From Afipia sp. (GTDB lineage: Bacteria > Pseudomonadota > Alphaproteobacteria > Rhizobiales > Xanthobacteraceae), in NCBI GenBank assembly GCA_036398335.1, contig DASWQB010000284.1:1-47796 (forward strand): a DNA stretch of 47,796 nt, in the 5' to 3' direction. Within the stretch, counting starts at the first letter, position 1. Every line of letters begins with the position of its first letter. Of the stretch, positions 29,703 to 38,512 are shown piece after piece. Under the pieces are notes generated by a model. That model had not been told where the DNA came from and ran no database searches. It saw nothing but the letters and a program-made list of their open reading frames with translations. Position numbers and translations under genes: made by a program.

Positions 29703-29737
29703 TTAATCCGCGTTAACCTTCCTTTTACCCGCCCTTA
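29703..29737. promoter_or_regulatory. Possible CtrA-type site upstream of PBP1A
   Basis: TTAA(29713-16)-N7-TTTAC is one mismatch from TTAA-N7-TTAAC. Extra TTAA at 29703 and 29734 in GC-rich DNA. Confidence 0.4.
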
Positions 29738-29788
29738 AACCGCCACCGCTAGCGTGTACGCCAAATTGGCGCGGGCGCTTTTTCGAAC

Positions 29789-32143
29789 ATGGTTGCGAAG
29801 CGGAAAAAGAACGGACGACAGGAGCCGAAGTTTGAAGGCCGCGCTTCGCTCGGCGGTCTGCGCCTTGGCGCGCGTGACCGTGTCGGCAATGACGCCGACA
29901 ATTTCGACGACGATCCTCCGCCATCGCGCCGAGTAGCGCCGCGCGACGATTTCGAAGATGGTGACGAGCCGCGCCCGCGCAAACCCCGCAAAACACGCGC
30001 GCAAGCCAAGCGTGAAAAAAAGAACGCCTCGCGCGAGCCCGCCCGCGGCGGCTTCGGTCGCCTTCTGTATTGGGGCGTCGTGCTGGGACTGTGGGGGATC
30101 ATCGCCGGCGTCGGCGTCGTGATCTATGTCGGCGCGCATCTGCCTTCTATCCAGTCGCTGGAAATTCCCAAGCGCCCGCCGACGATCCAGATTGCCGGCA
30201 TGGACGGAAGCATCATCGCCACGCGCGGCGACATGCCCGGCGCGAACGTGCCGCTGAAGGAATTGCCCACTTACCTGCCCAACGCTTTTATCGCCATCGA
30301 GGACCGCAGATTCTACTCGCATTTCGGTATCGATCCCATCGGCATCGCGCGCGCCGCCGTTACCAACGTCCTGCACCGGGGCGTCTCGCAAGGCGGCTCG
30401 ACGCTGACCCAGCAGCTTGCGAAAAACCTGTTCCTGACCCAGGAGCGCACCCTGCAACGCAAATTGCAGGAGGCTGAACTCGCATTCTGGCTGGAGCGTA
30501 AATATTCCAAAGCCGGAATTCTGGAGCTTTATCTCAACCGCGTCTATTTCGGTTCCGGTGCGTATGGCGTCGAAGCTGCGGCACAGAAGTATTTTGGTAA
30601 ATCCGCGCGCAACGTCTCGGTCGCGGAAGCGGCGATGCTGGCGGGCCTCGTTCGCTCGCCCTCGCGCCTTGCGCCAAACCGCAATCCGGACGGCGCGCAA
30701 AAGCGCGCGCAGACCGTGCTCACCGCGATGGCGGATGCGAAGTTCATCACCGACGCGCAGGCGCAGGCGGCCATCGCTCATCCAAGTTATGCGGTGAAAC
30801 CGGCCGGCGCCGGTACCGTCAACTACGTGGCCGACTGGATCGGCGAAGTGCTGGACGATCTGGTCGGGCAGGTCGAGCAGAACATCGTGGTCGAGACCTC
30901 GATCGATCCGAAACTACAAAGTGTCGCTGAAACTGCGGTGATTGATGAACTTGCGGCGAAAAGCGTGAAGTTCAATGTCTCGCAAGGCGCGCTGGTCGCG
31001 ATGACGCCGGACGGCGCGGTGCGCGCGATGGTCGGAGGGCGCAACTACGCGGAAAGCCAGTTCAACCGGGCCGTCACCGCCAAGAGGCAGCCGGGCTCGG
31101 CATTCAAGCCGTTCGTTTATCTCACGGCGCTGGAAGCCGGATTGACGCCGGACACCGTTCGCCAGGACGCACCTCTCGATGTCAAAGGCTGGAAGCCGGA
31201 AAACTACAGCCACGAATATTTCGGCGCCGTCACGCTGACGCAGGCGCTGGCGATGTCGCTGAATACTGTCGCTGTGCGGCTCGGAATCGAAGTCGGTCCG
31301 CAGAATGTGGTGCGCACCGCACATCGGCTCGGCATCGCATCCAAGCTCGAAGCCAATGCCTCGATCGCGCTCGGTACGTCGGAAGTCTCGTTGACCGAAC
31401 TTGTCGGCGCCTATTCGGCATTTGCGAATGGCGGCCTCGCCGCCTCACCGCATGTCATCGAAAAAATCCGCACGCCGGAAGGGAAGGTTCTCTATGCGCG
31501 CAAGAGCGAAGCCGCCGCGCAAGTGATCGATCCGCGTTATGTCGGCATGATGAACACGATGATGCACGAAACGCTGGTCACGGGCACGGCGAAGAAAGCC
31601 GACATTCCCGGCTGGTTCGCCGCCGGCAAGACTGGGACAAGCCAGGATTTCCGTGATGCCTGGTTCATCGGTTACACCGCCAACCTCGTCACCGGGGTGT
31701 GGCTCGGCAACGATGACAACTCGCCAACCAAGAAGGCCACCGGCGGCGGACTTCCGGTTGAAGTATGGACACGCTTCATGAAAGCCGCGCACGAGAATGT
31801 GCCGGTCGCCGATCTGCCCGGCTCGCAGATGGCGGGCGGCGGGGGCGGCTTCCTGTCGAATTTCTTCCAGGCCGCGGCCCGTGGCAGCGGCCAGCAGATC
31901 GCCTCGCCGCCGCGTCCCGCGCCGCAAGGCAACACCGCGTATAATGGCGGGTCTTATTATGGGAGCGGCAGTAACGTTCCGCAGTCCGCTCAACCAGCGC
32001 AGCGACCCTATGCGCCGCCGTCCTCTTATTATCCGAACTCGCGGCCGCAGGTCGCGCAGACATCGGCTCGGCCCGAAGCAGCGAGTGGACTTGGCGGTGG
32101 CGGATGGCTGATGGACAGGCTGTTCGGGGGAGGCCGGGACTGA
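29789..32143 (+). CDS. Class A penicillin-binding protein (PBP1A family)
   Basis: Transglycosylase motifs EDRRFYSHFG, GGSTLTQQLAKN and RKLQE. Transpeptidase motifs SAFK, SLN and KTG. Confidence 0.94.
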   Translation: MVAKRKKNGRQEPKFEGRASLGGLRLGARDRVGNDADNFDDDPPPSRRVAPRDDFEDGDEPRPRKPRKTRAQAKREKKNASREPARGGFGRLLYWGVVLGLWGIIAGVGVVIYVGAHLPSIQSLEIPKRPPTIQIAGMDGSIIATRGDMPGANVPLKELPTYLPNAFIAIEDRRFYSHFGIDPIGIARAAVTNVLHRGVSQGGSTLTQQLAKNLFLTQERTLQRKLQEAELAFWLERKYSKAGILELYLNRVYFGSGAYGVEAAAQKYFGKSARNVSVAEAAMLAGLVRSPSRLAPNRNPDGAQKRAQTVLTAMADAKFITDAQAQAAIAHPSYAVKPAGAGTVNYVADWIGEVLDDLVGQVEQNIVVETSIDPKLQSVAETAVIDELAAKSVKFNVSQGALVAMTPDGAVRAMVGGRNYAESQFNRAVTAKRQPGSAFKPFVYLTALEAGLTPDTVRQDAPLDVKGWKPENYSHEYFGAVTLTQALAMSLNTVAVRLGIEVGPQNVVRTAHRLGIASKLEANASIALGTSEVSLTELVGAYSAFANGGLAASPHVIEKIRTPEGKVLYARKSEAAAQVIDPRYVGMMNTMMHETLVTGTAKKADIPGWFAAGKTGTSQDFRDAWFIGYTANLVTGVWLGNDDNSPTKKATGGGLPVEVWTRFMKAAHENVPVADLPGSQMAGGGGGFLSNFFQAAARGSGQQIASPPRPAPQGNTAYNGGSYYGSGSNVPQSAQPAQRPYAPPSSYYPNSRPQVAQTSARPEAASGLGGGGWLMDRLFGGGRD

Positions 32144-32147
32144 CGTT

Positions 32148-32181
32148 GAAGCGGGATGAAAAGCTTCCGCTTCAGTTTTTC
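32148..32181 (+). terminator. Putative terminator after PBP1A
   Basis: GAAGCGG...CCGCTTC hairpin followed by AGTTTTT. Confidence 0.5.
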
Positions 32182-32187
32182 AGTTGT

Positions 32188-32231
32188 GCATGATCTTTCC
32201 CGAAAACCGATCCGCCTTTCAGGATCACGCT
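32188..32231. repeat. Rhizobiales RIME/REP-like palindromic element (degenerate)
   Basis: GCATGATCTTTCCCGAAAACCGATCCGCCTTTCAGGATCACGC has GCATGATC/GATCACGC imperfect inverted ends, resembling the GCATGATC..GAAAA..GATCATGC intergenic repeats of rhizobia. Confidence 0.5.
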
Positions 32232-32987
32232 TTATTCCTTCACCCCGTAGCGATGCAGATCGTTGCCGTGGGTGTCGAGCCACTTCTTGGCGCGTTCGGT
32301 TTGCGGGCAGATTTTCGCCACGACCTTCCAGAACCGCGCCGAATGGTTCATCTCCACCAGATGCGCGACTTCGTGTGCGGCGAGATAATCCAGCACGTAG
32401 GGCGGCGCAAGAATCAGCCGCCACGAGAACGACAGCGAGCCGGCCGATGTGCACGATCCCCAGCGGCTCGACTGATCGCGGATGGTGATGCGCTTCACCT
32501 TCACCCCCAGCATGTCGGCATAGTATTCCGACGCTTTCGCTAGCTCACTGCGCGCCTCACGCTTGAGGAAATCGAGCACGCGGCGCTCGACATGCGGCAC
32601 GGCGCCGGCAACGCAGAGGATTTTCTCGCCGCTGTCACGGGTCTCCTGCCAAACGGTACCGCGCTCGCCCGCGCGATGAACAATCTTGTGCGCCACACCG
32701 CGCAGCGGCACCGACGTACCCGGTGAAAATGGGGCCGCCTTTGGCAATCCGCCGAGGCGCGCGGCGATCCAGGCGCCGTGACGCTGCGCGAAATCCTTGG
32801 CATCGGCGAGATTACCGCGCGGCGGCATGGTCAGGATCGCCTGACGCGCGCTCGGATGGATGCGCAGCGTGTAGCGTCGTGCTCTTCGATGCCGCCGGAG
32901 CTGGACGGCGTAGATCGAGGCGCCGATTTTCACGGCAAGCGTGCGCGGCTCGGTGGGGCGGCGATAAAGAAGTGCGCGAAAAGCCAT
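32232..32987 (-). CDS. M48-like/DUF45 (YgjP-type) zinc metallohydrolase
   Basis: RDQSSRWGSC, LSFSWRLILAP and DYLAAHEVAHLVEMNHSARFW (HExxH). Confidence 0.9.
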   Translation of the reverse strand: MAFRALLYRRPTEPRTLAVKIGASIYAVQLRRHRRARRYTLRIHPSARQAILTMPPRGNLADAKDFAQRHGAWIAARLGGLPKAAPFSPGTSVPLRGVAHKIVHRAGERGTVWQETRDSGEKILCVAGAVPHVERRVLDFLKREARSELAKASEYYADMLGVKVKRITIRDQSSRWGSCTSAGSLSFSWRLILAPPYVLDYLAAHEVAHLVEMNHSARFWKVVAKICPQTERAKKWLDTHGNDLHRYGVKE

Positions 32988-33324
32988 GTCGAGAGGTCCG
33001 GACGAGAGGATTTCGCCCGGATTCTGCCATATCCGCCGCCAGTGGAATTCATCGGCGCAAAAACAAATCATTTGCCCAATATATCGTAGTTTTAACTCCA
33101 TGACCTCCCACGGGAGGGGTCATGAAACATAACATTATGATTCATTTTTTATTCGAAAATGGATTTCCACCCTGGCATGGGCCGTCACTTTGTGTCGGAT
33201 GCGGCACGATCTAAATAACCTATATAAGTCATATGCTTACGGTGCGACCCAGACGAGTCGACCCACATCGTTGACGGAAAACGCGATAAATATGGGTTTT
33301 TCGCGCTTAAAGGCCAGACGCAGG

Positions 33325-34662
33325 CTATTCCGCGGCCATGGCGGGGGGAACGACCCCGGGCCTCGATTGGGCCGAGGACACCATGAAATCGGAGATCCGC
33401 GGCAGGATCTCGGAGCGGAAGCGCGATCCGTTGAATACACCGTAATGACCGACGCCCTTCTGCACGTAATGCACGCGCCGATCGTCCGGAATCGAGTTGC
33501 AAAGCCCGTGAGTTGCCTCTGTCTGCCCCAAACCCGAAATATCGTCGTGCTCGCCTTCCACCGTCATCAAGGCGGTGCGATAAATCCGCGACGGATCGAC
33601 CGGTTTGCCGCGATGGGTCATGGTTCCAAGCGGCAGCGCGTGTTTGATGAACACGGTGTCGACCGTCTGGAGATAGAATTCAGCGGTCAGGTCCATCACC
33701 GCCAGATATTCGTCATAGAAATCGCGATGCTTGTCGACGAGATCGCCGTCGCCCTTGACCAGATTGGCGAACAATTTCTTGTGCGCGTCGAGGTGCCGAT
33801 CGAGATTCATGCTGACAAAGCCGGTGAGCTGCAAAAAGCCCGGATAGACGTCGCGCATGAAGCCGGGATGCGGAAACGGCACCTTGGAGATGACGTGGCT
33901 ACGAAACCAGTCGATACCCTTGCTCTCGGCCAGTTTGTTGACACCGGTGGGATTGCGCCGCGTGTCGATCGGGCCGCCCATCAGGGTCATCGAAATGGGA
34001 GAGTAAGGATCGTCCTCCGCCTCCATCCGCGAAACAGCGGCAAGAACCGGCACCGCCGGCTGGCATACCGCGACAACGTGAATGTTGCCGCCGAGCGCGT
34101 GCAGCATCTCAATGACGTAGTCGACATAATCCTCAAGATCGAACCGCCCGGCGCTGAGCGGCACCGTACGTGCGTCGCTCCAGTCGGTGATGTAGACTTC
34201 ATGATTGGGCAAGAACGCATCCACGGTCCCGCGCAGCAGCGTCGCGTAATGGCCCGACATCGGAGCTACGATCAGAACACGGGGCTGCGGCGCCCGCAGC
34301 GGGCGTGTTAGTTTGCGCTGAAAATAAAGCAGCCGACAGAATGGCTTTTCCCACACCGTCTTAACTTCAATCGGTGTGCGTATGCCCTGCACTTCCGTGC
34401 TGTGAAGTTGCCACTCCGGTTTGCCGTAGCGGCGCGTGGTCCGCTCGAACACCTCGCAGCTTGCCGCGACCGATTTTCCAAATTCGGTATTCGAAAGCGG
34501 GTTAAGCGGATTCTGGAACATCAGCTTGGCGGCATCGGCGAACGCACGCGCCGGATTGAGCGAAGCCTGACCCATCTCGTACATCCAGTACATCGGCGAG
34601 GCCGCGGGTGAACTGGTCTCAACCGGCAATTCCGGCGGCCGTCCAAATTCTCCGATGGGCAT
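33325..34662 (-). CDS. phaZ: Intracellular polyhydroxyalkanoate depolymerase
   Basis: VAPMSGHYATLLR, VAVCQP (catalytic Cys), GGPID, VEGEHDDISG and GHYGVF. Confidence 0.94.
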   Translation of the reverse strand: MPIGEFGRPPELPVETSSPAASPMYWMYEMGQASLNPARAFADAAKLMFQNPLNPLSNTEFGKSVAASCEVFERTTRRYGKPEWQLHSTEVQGIRTPIEVKTVWEKPFCRLLYFQRKLTRPLRAPQPRVLIVAPMSGHYATLLRGTVDAFLPNHEVYITDWSDARTVPLSAGRFDLEDYVDYVIEMLHALGGNIHVVAVCQPAVPVLAAVSRMEAEDDPYSPISMTLMGGPIDTRRNPTGVNKLAESKGIDWFRSHVISKVPFPHPGFMRDVYPGFLQLTGFVSMNLDRHLDAHKKLFANLVKGDGDLVDKHRDFYDEYLAVMDLTAEFYLQTVDTVFIKHALPLGTMTHRGKPVDPSRIYRTALMTVEGEHDDISGLGQTEATHGLCNSIPDDRRVHYVQKGVGHYGVFNGSRFRSEILPRISDFMVSSAQSRPGVVPPAMAAE

Positions 34663-34818
34663 TGGCTTCCTCGATCTGTTGCGCGCTGCAACATAATGTC
34701 GCGGGTGTGACAGTCAATCCGCCCATTGGACCAGATCGGCCTTATAGAGCCTTTAAGAGCGCTATCCTCATGGTGGAACTCATTATTCTTCGCGAGAAAG
34801 TGCGGTTATAGTTTCAGC

Positions 34819-36183
34819 ATGAACGATATTGCGCAGCCCGGCTTCCAGCATTCGCACCGCGCTGTGCGCCTCGATACGATTCTCCGGTTTCGATGGCTGG
34901 CGGCGCTCGGGCAACTGGTGGCGATTTTCATCGTTGCCCAAGGGCTGGACTTTGAAGTCCCCGTGATCCCGTGCCTCACGGTGGTCGGCATTTCCGCAGC
35001 GCTCAATCTGACGCTTCAGACTGTGTTCAACCCGATCCATCGGCTTGAACCACCTTTCGCAGCACTGCTGCTGGCGATCAACATCGCCGAACTTGCGGCG
35101 CTTCTCTTCCTCACCGGCGGATTGCAAAATCCGTTTTCGTTTCTGTTCCTCGCGCCCGTGCTGATCTCCGCGACCGCACTGCCGACGCGCTACACCATTG
35201 CGCTCGGATTGTTGGCTGCGGCTTGCGCGCTGGTCCTGGGATTTTTCCATCTGCCACTGCCGTGGGACAATGACGACCCATTGGTGTTGCCGCGCACTTA
35301 CATGATCGGCGTGTGGCTTTCGATCGTGCTCGCGCTTGGCGTCACCAGCCTTTACGCTTTCCAGGTCACCGAAGAATCCCGCAAGCTGTCGGACGCGCTC
35401 GCCGCAACTGAACTGGTGCTGACGCGCGAGCAGCATTTGACCCAGCTCGATGGACTTGCTGCGGCCGCCGCGCACGAGCTTGGCACGCCTTTGTCCACGA
35501 TCTTTCTGATTTCGCGCGAGCTGGAGAAACTGGCGCAGGGGGCAAATGTTGGAGCACAGGCGCGTGCGCCGGCCCTCGACGAACAGGTCATCGGCGACCT
35601 GCGGACCCTGCGCGAACAAGCACAGCGCTGCCGCGACATCTTAAGTAAAATCACGCAGCTCTCCTCCAGCGGCGCGCCATTCGACCGCATGCCGCTTTCG
35701 ATCCTGATCGAGGAGAGCGTCGCGCCGCACCGCGATTTCGGCATCGCCATCAAGGTACGTATCGCCGTCACTGGATCGGCAGAGCCCGTCGGCCTTCGCA
35801 ATCCCGCCATCCTTTACGGCGTCGGGAACATTCTGGAGAACGCTGTCGATTTCGCAAACGCAGCGGTTGAGGTGAACGCCTGGTGGAATGACGAGCGCGT
35901 CGAGATCGTCATTTCCGATGATGGTCCCGGCATTCCACCGGATCTGCTGAAACGGATCGGAGAACCGTATCTGTCACGCCGCCGCCCCGGCGAAGAAGGC
36001 CCGGGCGAACACCGGGGTCTCGGTCTCGGCGTCTTCATCGCCCGCACGCTCCTGGAGCGAACCGGTGCAAAAGTGCTGTTCAGCAACCGTGTTTTCCCCG
36101 ATCATGGCGCGGTGGTCAGCATCGTCTGGCCGCGCGAGCGTTTCGAGATGCCGGCAACGGAAGGCGATTCGGAGAACAGTTAA
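34819..36183 (+). CDS. regS: Redox-sensing histidine kinase RegS (RegB/PrrB/ActS family)
   Basis: Membrane quinone-site motif TGGLQNPF, H-box AAAAAHELGTPL, redox Cys in QRCRDIL, ENAVDFA, DDGPG and GLGLG. Confidence 0.95.
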   Translation: MNDIAQPGFQHSHRAVRLDTILRFRWLAALGQLVAIFIVAQGLDFEVPVIPCLTVVGISAALNLTLQTVFNPIHRLEPPFAALLLAINIAELAALLFLTGGLQNPFSFLFLAPVLISATALPTRYTIALGLLAAACALVLGFFHLPLPWDNDDPLVLPRTYMIGVWLSIVLALGVTSLYAFQVTEESRKLSDALAATELVLTREQHLTQLDGLAAAAAHELGTPLSTIFLISRELEKLAQGANVGAQARAPALDEQVIGDLRTLREQAQRCRDILSKITQLSSSGAPFDRMPLSILIEESVAPHRDFGIAIKVRIAVTGSAEPVGLRNPAILYGVGNILENAVDFANAAVEVNAWWNDERVEIVISDDGPGIPPDLLKRIGEPYLSRRRPGEEGPGEHRGLGLGVFIARTLLERTGAKVLFSNRVFPDHGAVVSIVWPRERFEMPATEGDSENS

Positions 36184-36192
36184 GATGGAATC

Positions 36193-36260
36193 GCGACATC
36201 GCGTCGCACTTGGCCACACCGGACTTGCCTCGGGTGCACTTGGCGGCGCCACATTGTCGC
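36193..36260. promoter_or_regulatory. Two RegA/RegR-type boxes upstream of regR
   Basis: GCGAC-ATCGC-GTCGC (36193-36207) and GCGCC-ACATT-GTCGC (36246-36260), versus the GCG(G/A)C-N5-GTCGC consensus. Confidence 0.6.
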
Positions 36261-36299
36261 GCCATATCGACTTGAGTGAAAGATGAAAGGGCCCAGACA

Positions 36300-36878
36300 G
36301 TGAACGTGACCTTGCAGACGCCTTCCTCAGCCGACGCCACTATTGCCGCGATGGCCGATCGCTCGCTTCTGATCGTGGAGGATGACAAGGCGTTCCTTGA
36401 GCGGCTGTCGCGCGCCATGGAAACTCGCGGCTTCATCGTGACCAGTTGCGACAATGTCCCCGAAGGTCTGGCCTTTATCGAAAAGACGCCACCCGCTTTC
36501 GCGGTGGTCGATCTGCGGCTCGGCGACGGCAACGGCCTTGATGTGGTTGGCGCATTGCAGCATCGCCGACCCGATGCGCGCGCCATCGTGCTGACAGGCT
36601 ACGGCAACATTGCAACTGCCGTCACTGCGGTGAAGCTCGGCGCGGTGGATTACCTTGCGAAGCCGGCGGATGCCGATGATGTGGTCGCAGCCTTGCTCGC
36701 GATTGGCCGCGACAAGGCAGACCTGCCCGCCAATCCGATGTCGGCGGACCGGGTGCGCTGGGAACACATCCAGCGCATCTATGAGATGTGCGACCGCAAC
36801 GTTTCGGAAACCGCGCGGCGACTGAACATGCACCGCCGGACCTTGCAGCGCATTCTGGCCAAGCGCGCGCCGCGCTAA
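36300..36878 (+). CDS. regR: Response regulator RegR (RegA/PrrA/ActR family)
   Basis: Receiver domain VEDD, VVDLRL, LTGYGNIATAV, and the conserved PMSADRVRWEHIQRIYE..NVSETARRLNMHRRTLQRILAKR. Start uncertain. Confidence 0.96.
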   Translation: MNVTLQTPSSADATIAAMADRSLLIVEDDKAFLERLSRAMETRGFIVTSCDNVPEGLAFIEKTPPAFAVVDLRLGDGNGLDVVGALQHRRPDARAIVLTGYGNIATAVTAVKLGAVDYLAKPADADDVVAALLAIGRDKADLPANPMSADRVRWEHIQRIYEMCDRNVSETARRLNMHRRTLQRILAKRAPR

Positions 36879-36928
36879 CGGCGGATCTTCCGCACGAGCC
36901 TGCCCGCGCCGCCGCGTTACTGCGGCGC

Positions 36929-36953
36929 GGAACATTCCCGATCCGGACGCGTT
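36929..36953 (+). promoter_or_regulatory. Sigma-EcfG (ECF15, general stress response) promoter
   Basis: GGAAC(36929-33)-N16-CGTT(36950-53), matching the GGAAC-N16/17-CGTT consensus, just ahead of an RBS and ORF. Confidence 0.7.
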
Positions 36954-36987
36954 GACGCGCGTAACCTCATCAGGGAGCGGCTTGTCC

Positions 36988-37233
36988 GTGAAACACATGC
37001 GCAAAGCCCGCCACCTCGACATCACAACTCGCCTGGAGGCAACCAAGCAATTGGGTCTCGTGGAGGATTACCGGATCGACTGGCGAGAAAAAACGCTTTG
37101 CGCGCCGCGTGTTACAATTTGCGCGCGCGCCGCGACGCCGGAGCAGGTGACCAAGAATTATGTGACTATCTTGCTGGAGGAGCTTGTGCCCGCCCGGGAA
37201 ATCGTGGTGACACGGATCATGAAGGGTTTGTGA
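36988..37233 (+). CDS. Small hypothetical protein (~81 aa)
   Basis: AGGGAG RBS (36972-77) before GTG 36988 (alternative ATG 36997). Globular-looking composition. Co-oriented between regR and the heme oxygenase. Confidence 0.65.
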   Translation: MKHMRKARHLDITTRLEATKQLGLVEDYRIDWREKTLCAPRVTICARAATPEQVTKNYVTILLEELVPAREIVVTRIMKGL

Positions 37234-37297
37234 CGGCTGGGGCACCTGGGTCACAACCAGAAAAATTTCTGAGCACATTTGCAAGCGGTGGCAGGCC

Positions 37298-37864
37298 ATG
37301 AGCCTTTTCATTCAGGATACAATCCGCGCAGCCACCCACGACTCTCATCGCCGGCTCGATCTGGCGCTGTCCTGGCTCGATCTCGGTCAGCCCCGTTATT
37401 ATGCAGGCTTCCTCCGTAGCCAGGCTGATGCGCTGCTCCCGCTGGAGGGCGCTCTCGAAACCGCCGGCATCACCGGAGTTCTGCCTGACTGGCCGCTCCG
37501 CGCGCGCGGCACCGCACTCAAGCATGATTTGCTCCTGCTGAACGTGGTACCGGCGCCGCATCCGCAACCTCATTTCAACAATGACGCGCAGATGTTGGGA
37601 GCGGTCTATGTGCTGGAAGCATCACGCATGGGCGCACGGGTGATGCTGGCGCGGCTCGCACAACATGCCGACTCGACGTCGATTGAGGCGACGAGATATC
37701 TCAAGCACGGCTTCGGCAAAAGATTCTGGCCGACTTTTCTCGCGGTGCTTGAAAATCATCCGTCAGCACACGCAGATATCGAGGGCGTGGTGCAAGGCGC
37801 ACAGATCGCGTTTGACATGTTCGAAAACGCGCTGGTGCCTATCGGCAGTGTCGCGGCGGCATAA
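37298..37864 (+). CDS. Biliverdin-producing heme oxygenase (BphO/HemO-like)
   Basis: IRAATHDSHRRLD proximal His motif and GAVYVLEASRMGA distal helix (canonical YVLEGSxLG). FW.TFL and GAQIAFDMF near the C-terminus. Confidence 0.82.
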   Translation: MSLFIQDTIRAATHDSHRRLDLALSWLDLGQPRYYAGFLRSQADALLPLEGALETAGITGVLPDWPLRARGTALKHDLLLLNVVPAPHPQPHFNNDAQMLGAVYVLEASRMGARVMLARLAQHADSTSIEATRYLKHGFGKRFWPTFLAVLENHPSAHADIEGVVQGAQIAFDMFENALVPIGSVAAA

Positions 37865-37885
37865 TCCGCTTGCTCATCGATCACG

Positions 37886-38377
37886 TCATTCGTCGATCAT
37901 GCCATGACCTTGCGGGTCGATCAGTCTGTTGATCCGCCGCGCCGCGACCAATCCGAAACGCAGCAGCATCAATTTGCGCGTCGCCGCCGGCAGCCGATGT
38001 TCGGGCGCCTCGCAATGTAAATAAGCGCCGTAGGAATCCGCGACGATCAGCCCCGTATCGTCGGGAAAAATCTCGCACGGCAAATCCTGCGTGAAAGCGA
38101 AAAACAGCCGGTCGCAATGGAGACGATAGTCCTGCCATTTCTGATCGGCGCGCAAATCCTCCAATGAAGATTTGATCTCGACGATCCACACATCGCCGCG
38201 CTCATTGATCGCCACCAGATCGGCGCGGCGGCCGGACGGCAGCGCGAGCTCGCCGACGCATGAGAAGCCGAGCGAGGCGAGCAGCCGCGACGTACCGCGC
38301 GCGATGGCGAGCGCCGTCTCCGACTGGCGGCGATCGGAGGGAAACTGGACCAGCGGAGATGGCGCGGAATGGCTCAT
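37886..38377 (-). CDS. mmcB: MmcB family DNA repair endonuclease-like protein
   Basis: ELALPSGRRADL, IVEIKSS..DLRADQKWQDYRLHCDRLFFA (PD-(D/E)xK fold). Confidence 0.9.
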   Translation of the reverse strand: MSHSAPSPLVQFPSDRRQSETALAIARGTSRLLASLGFSCVGELALPSGRRADLVAINERGDVWIVEIKSSLEDLRADQKWQDYRLHCDRLFFAFTQDLPCEIFPDDTGLIVADSYGAYLHCEAPEHRLPAATRKLMLLRFGLVAARRINRLIDPQGHGMIDE

Positions 38378-38512
38378 GACATGGACATTAAAGCGGCGTG
38401 AACTGTCATCCTAGCAGAGTCGGACATTCCGCGACCGGAAAATTCCTCAAAGAGGCGTGACACGCTCGACAAATGGCTTGGCGACCCAACAAAAATCAGC
38501 AATGTGGCGCGC

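Noticed and set aside
38378-38512. Expected LexA box (GTTC-N7-GTTC) upstream of mmcB
   Set aside because: No match found on either strand, so SOS control cannot be claimed from this sequence.
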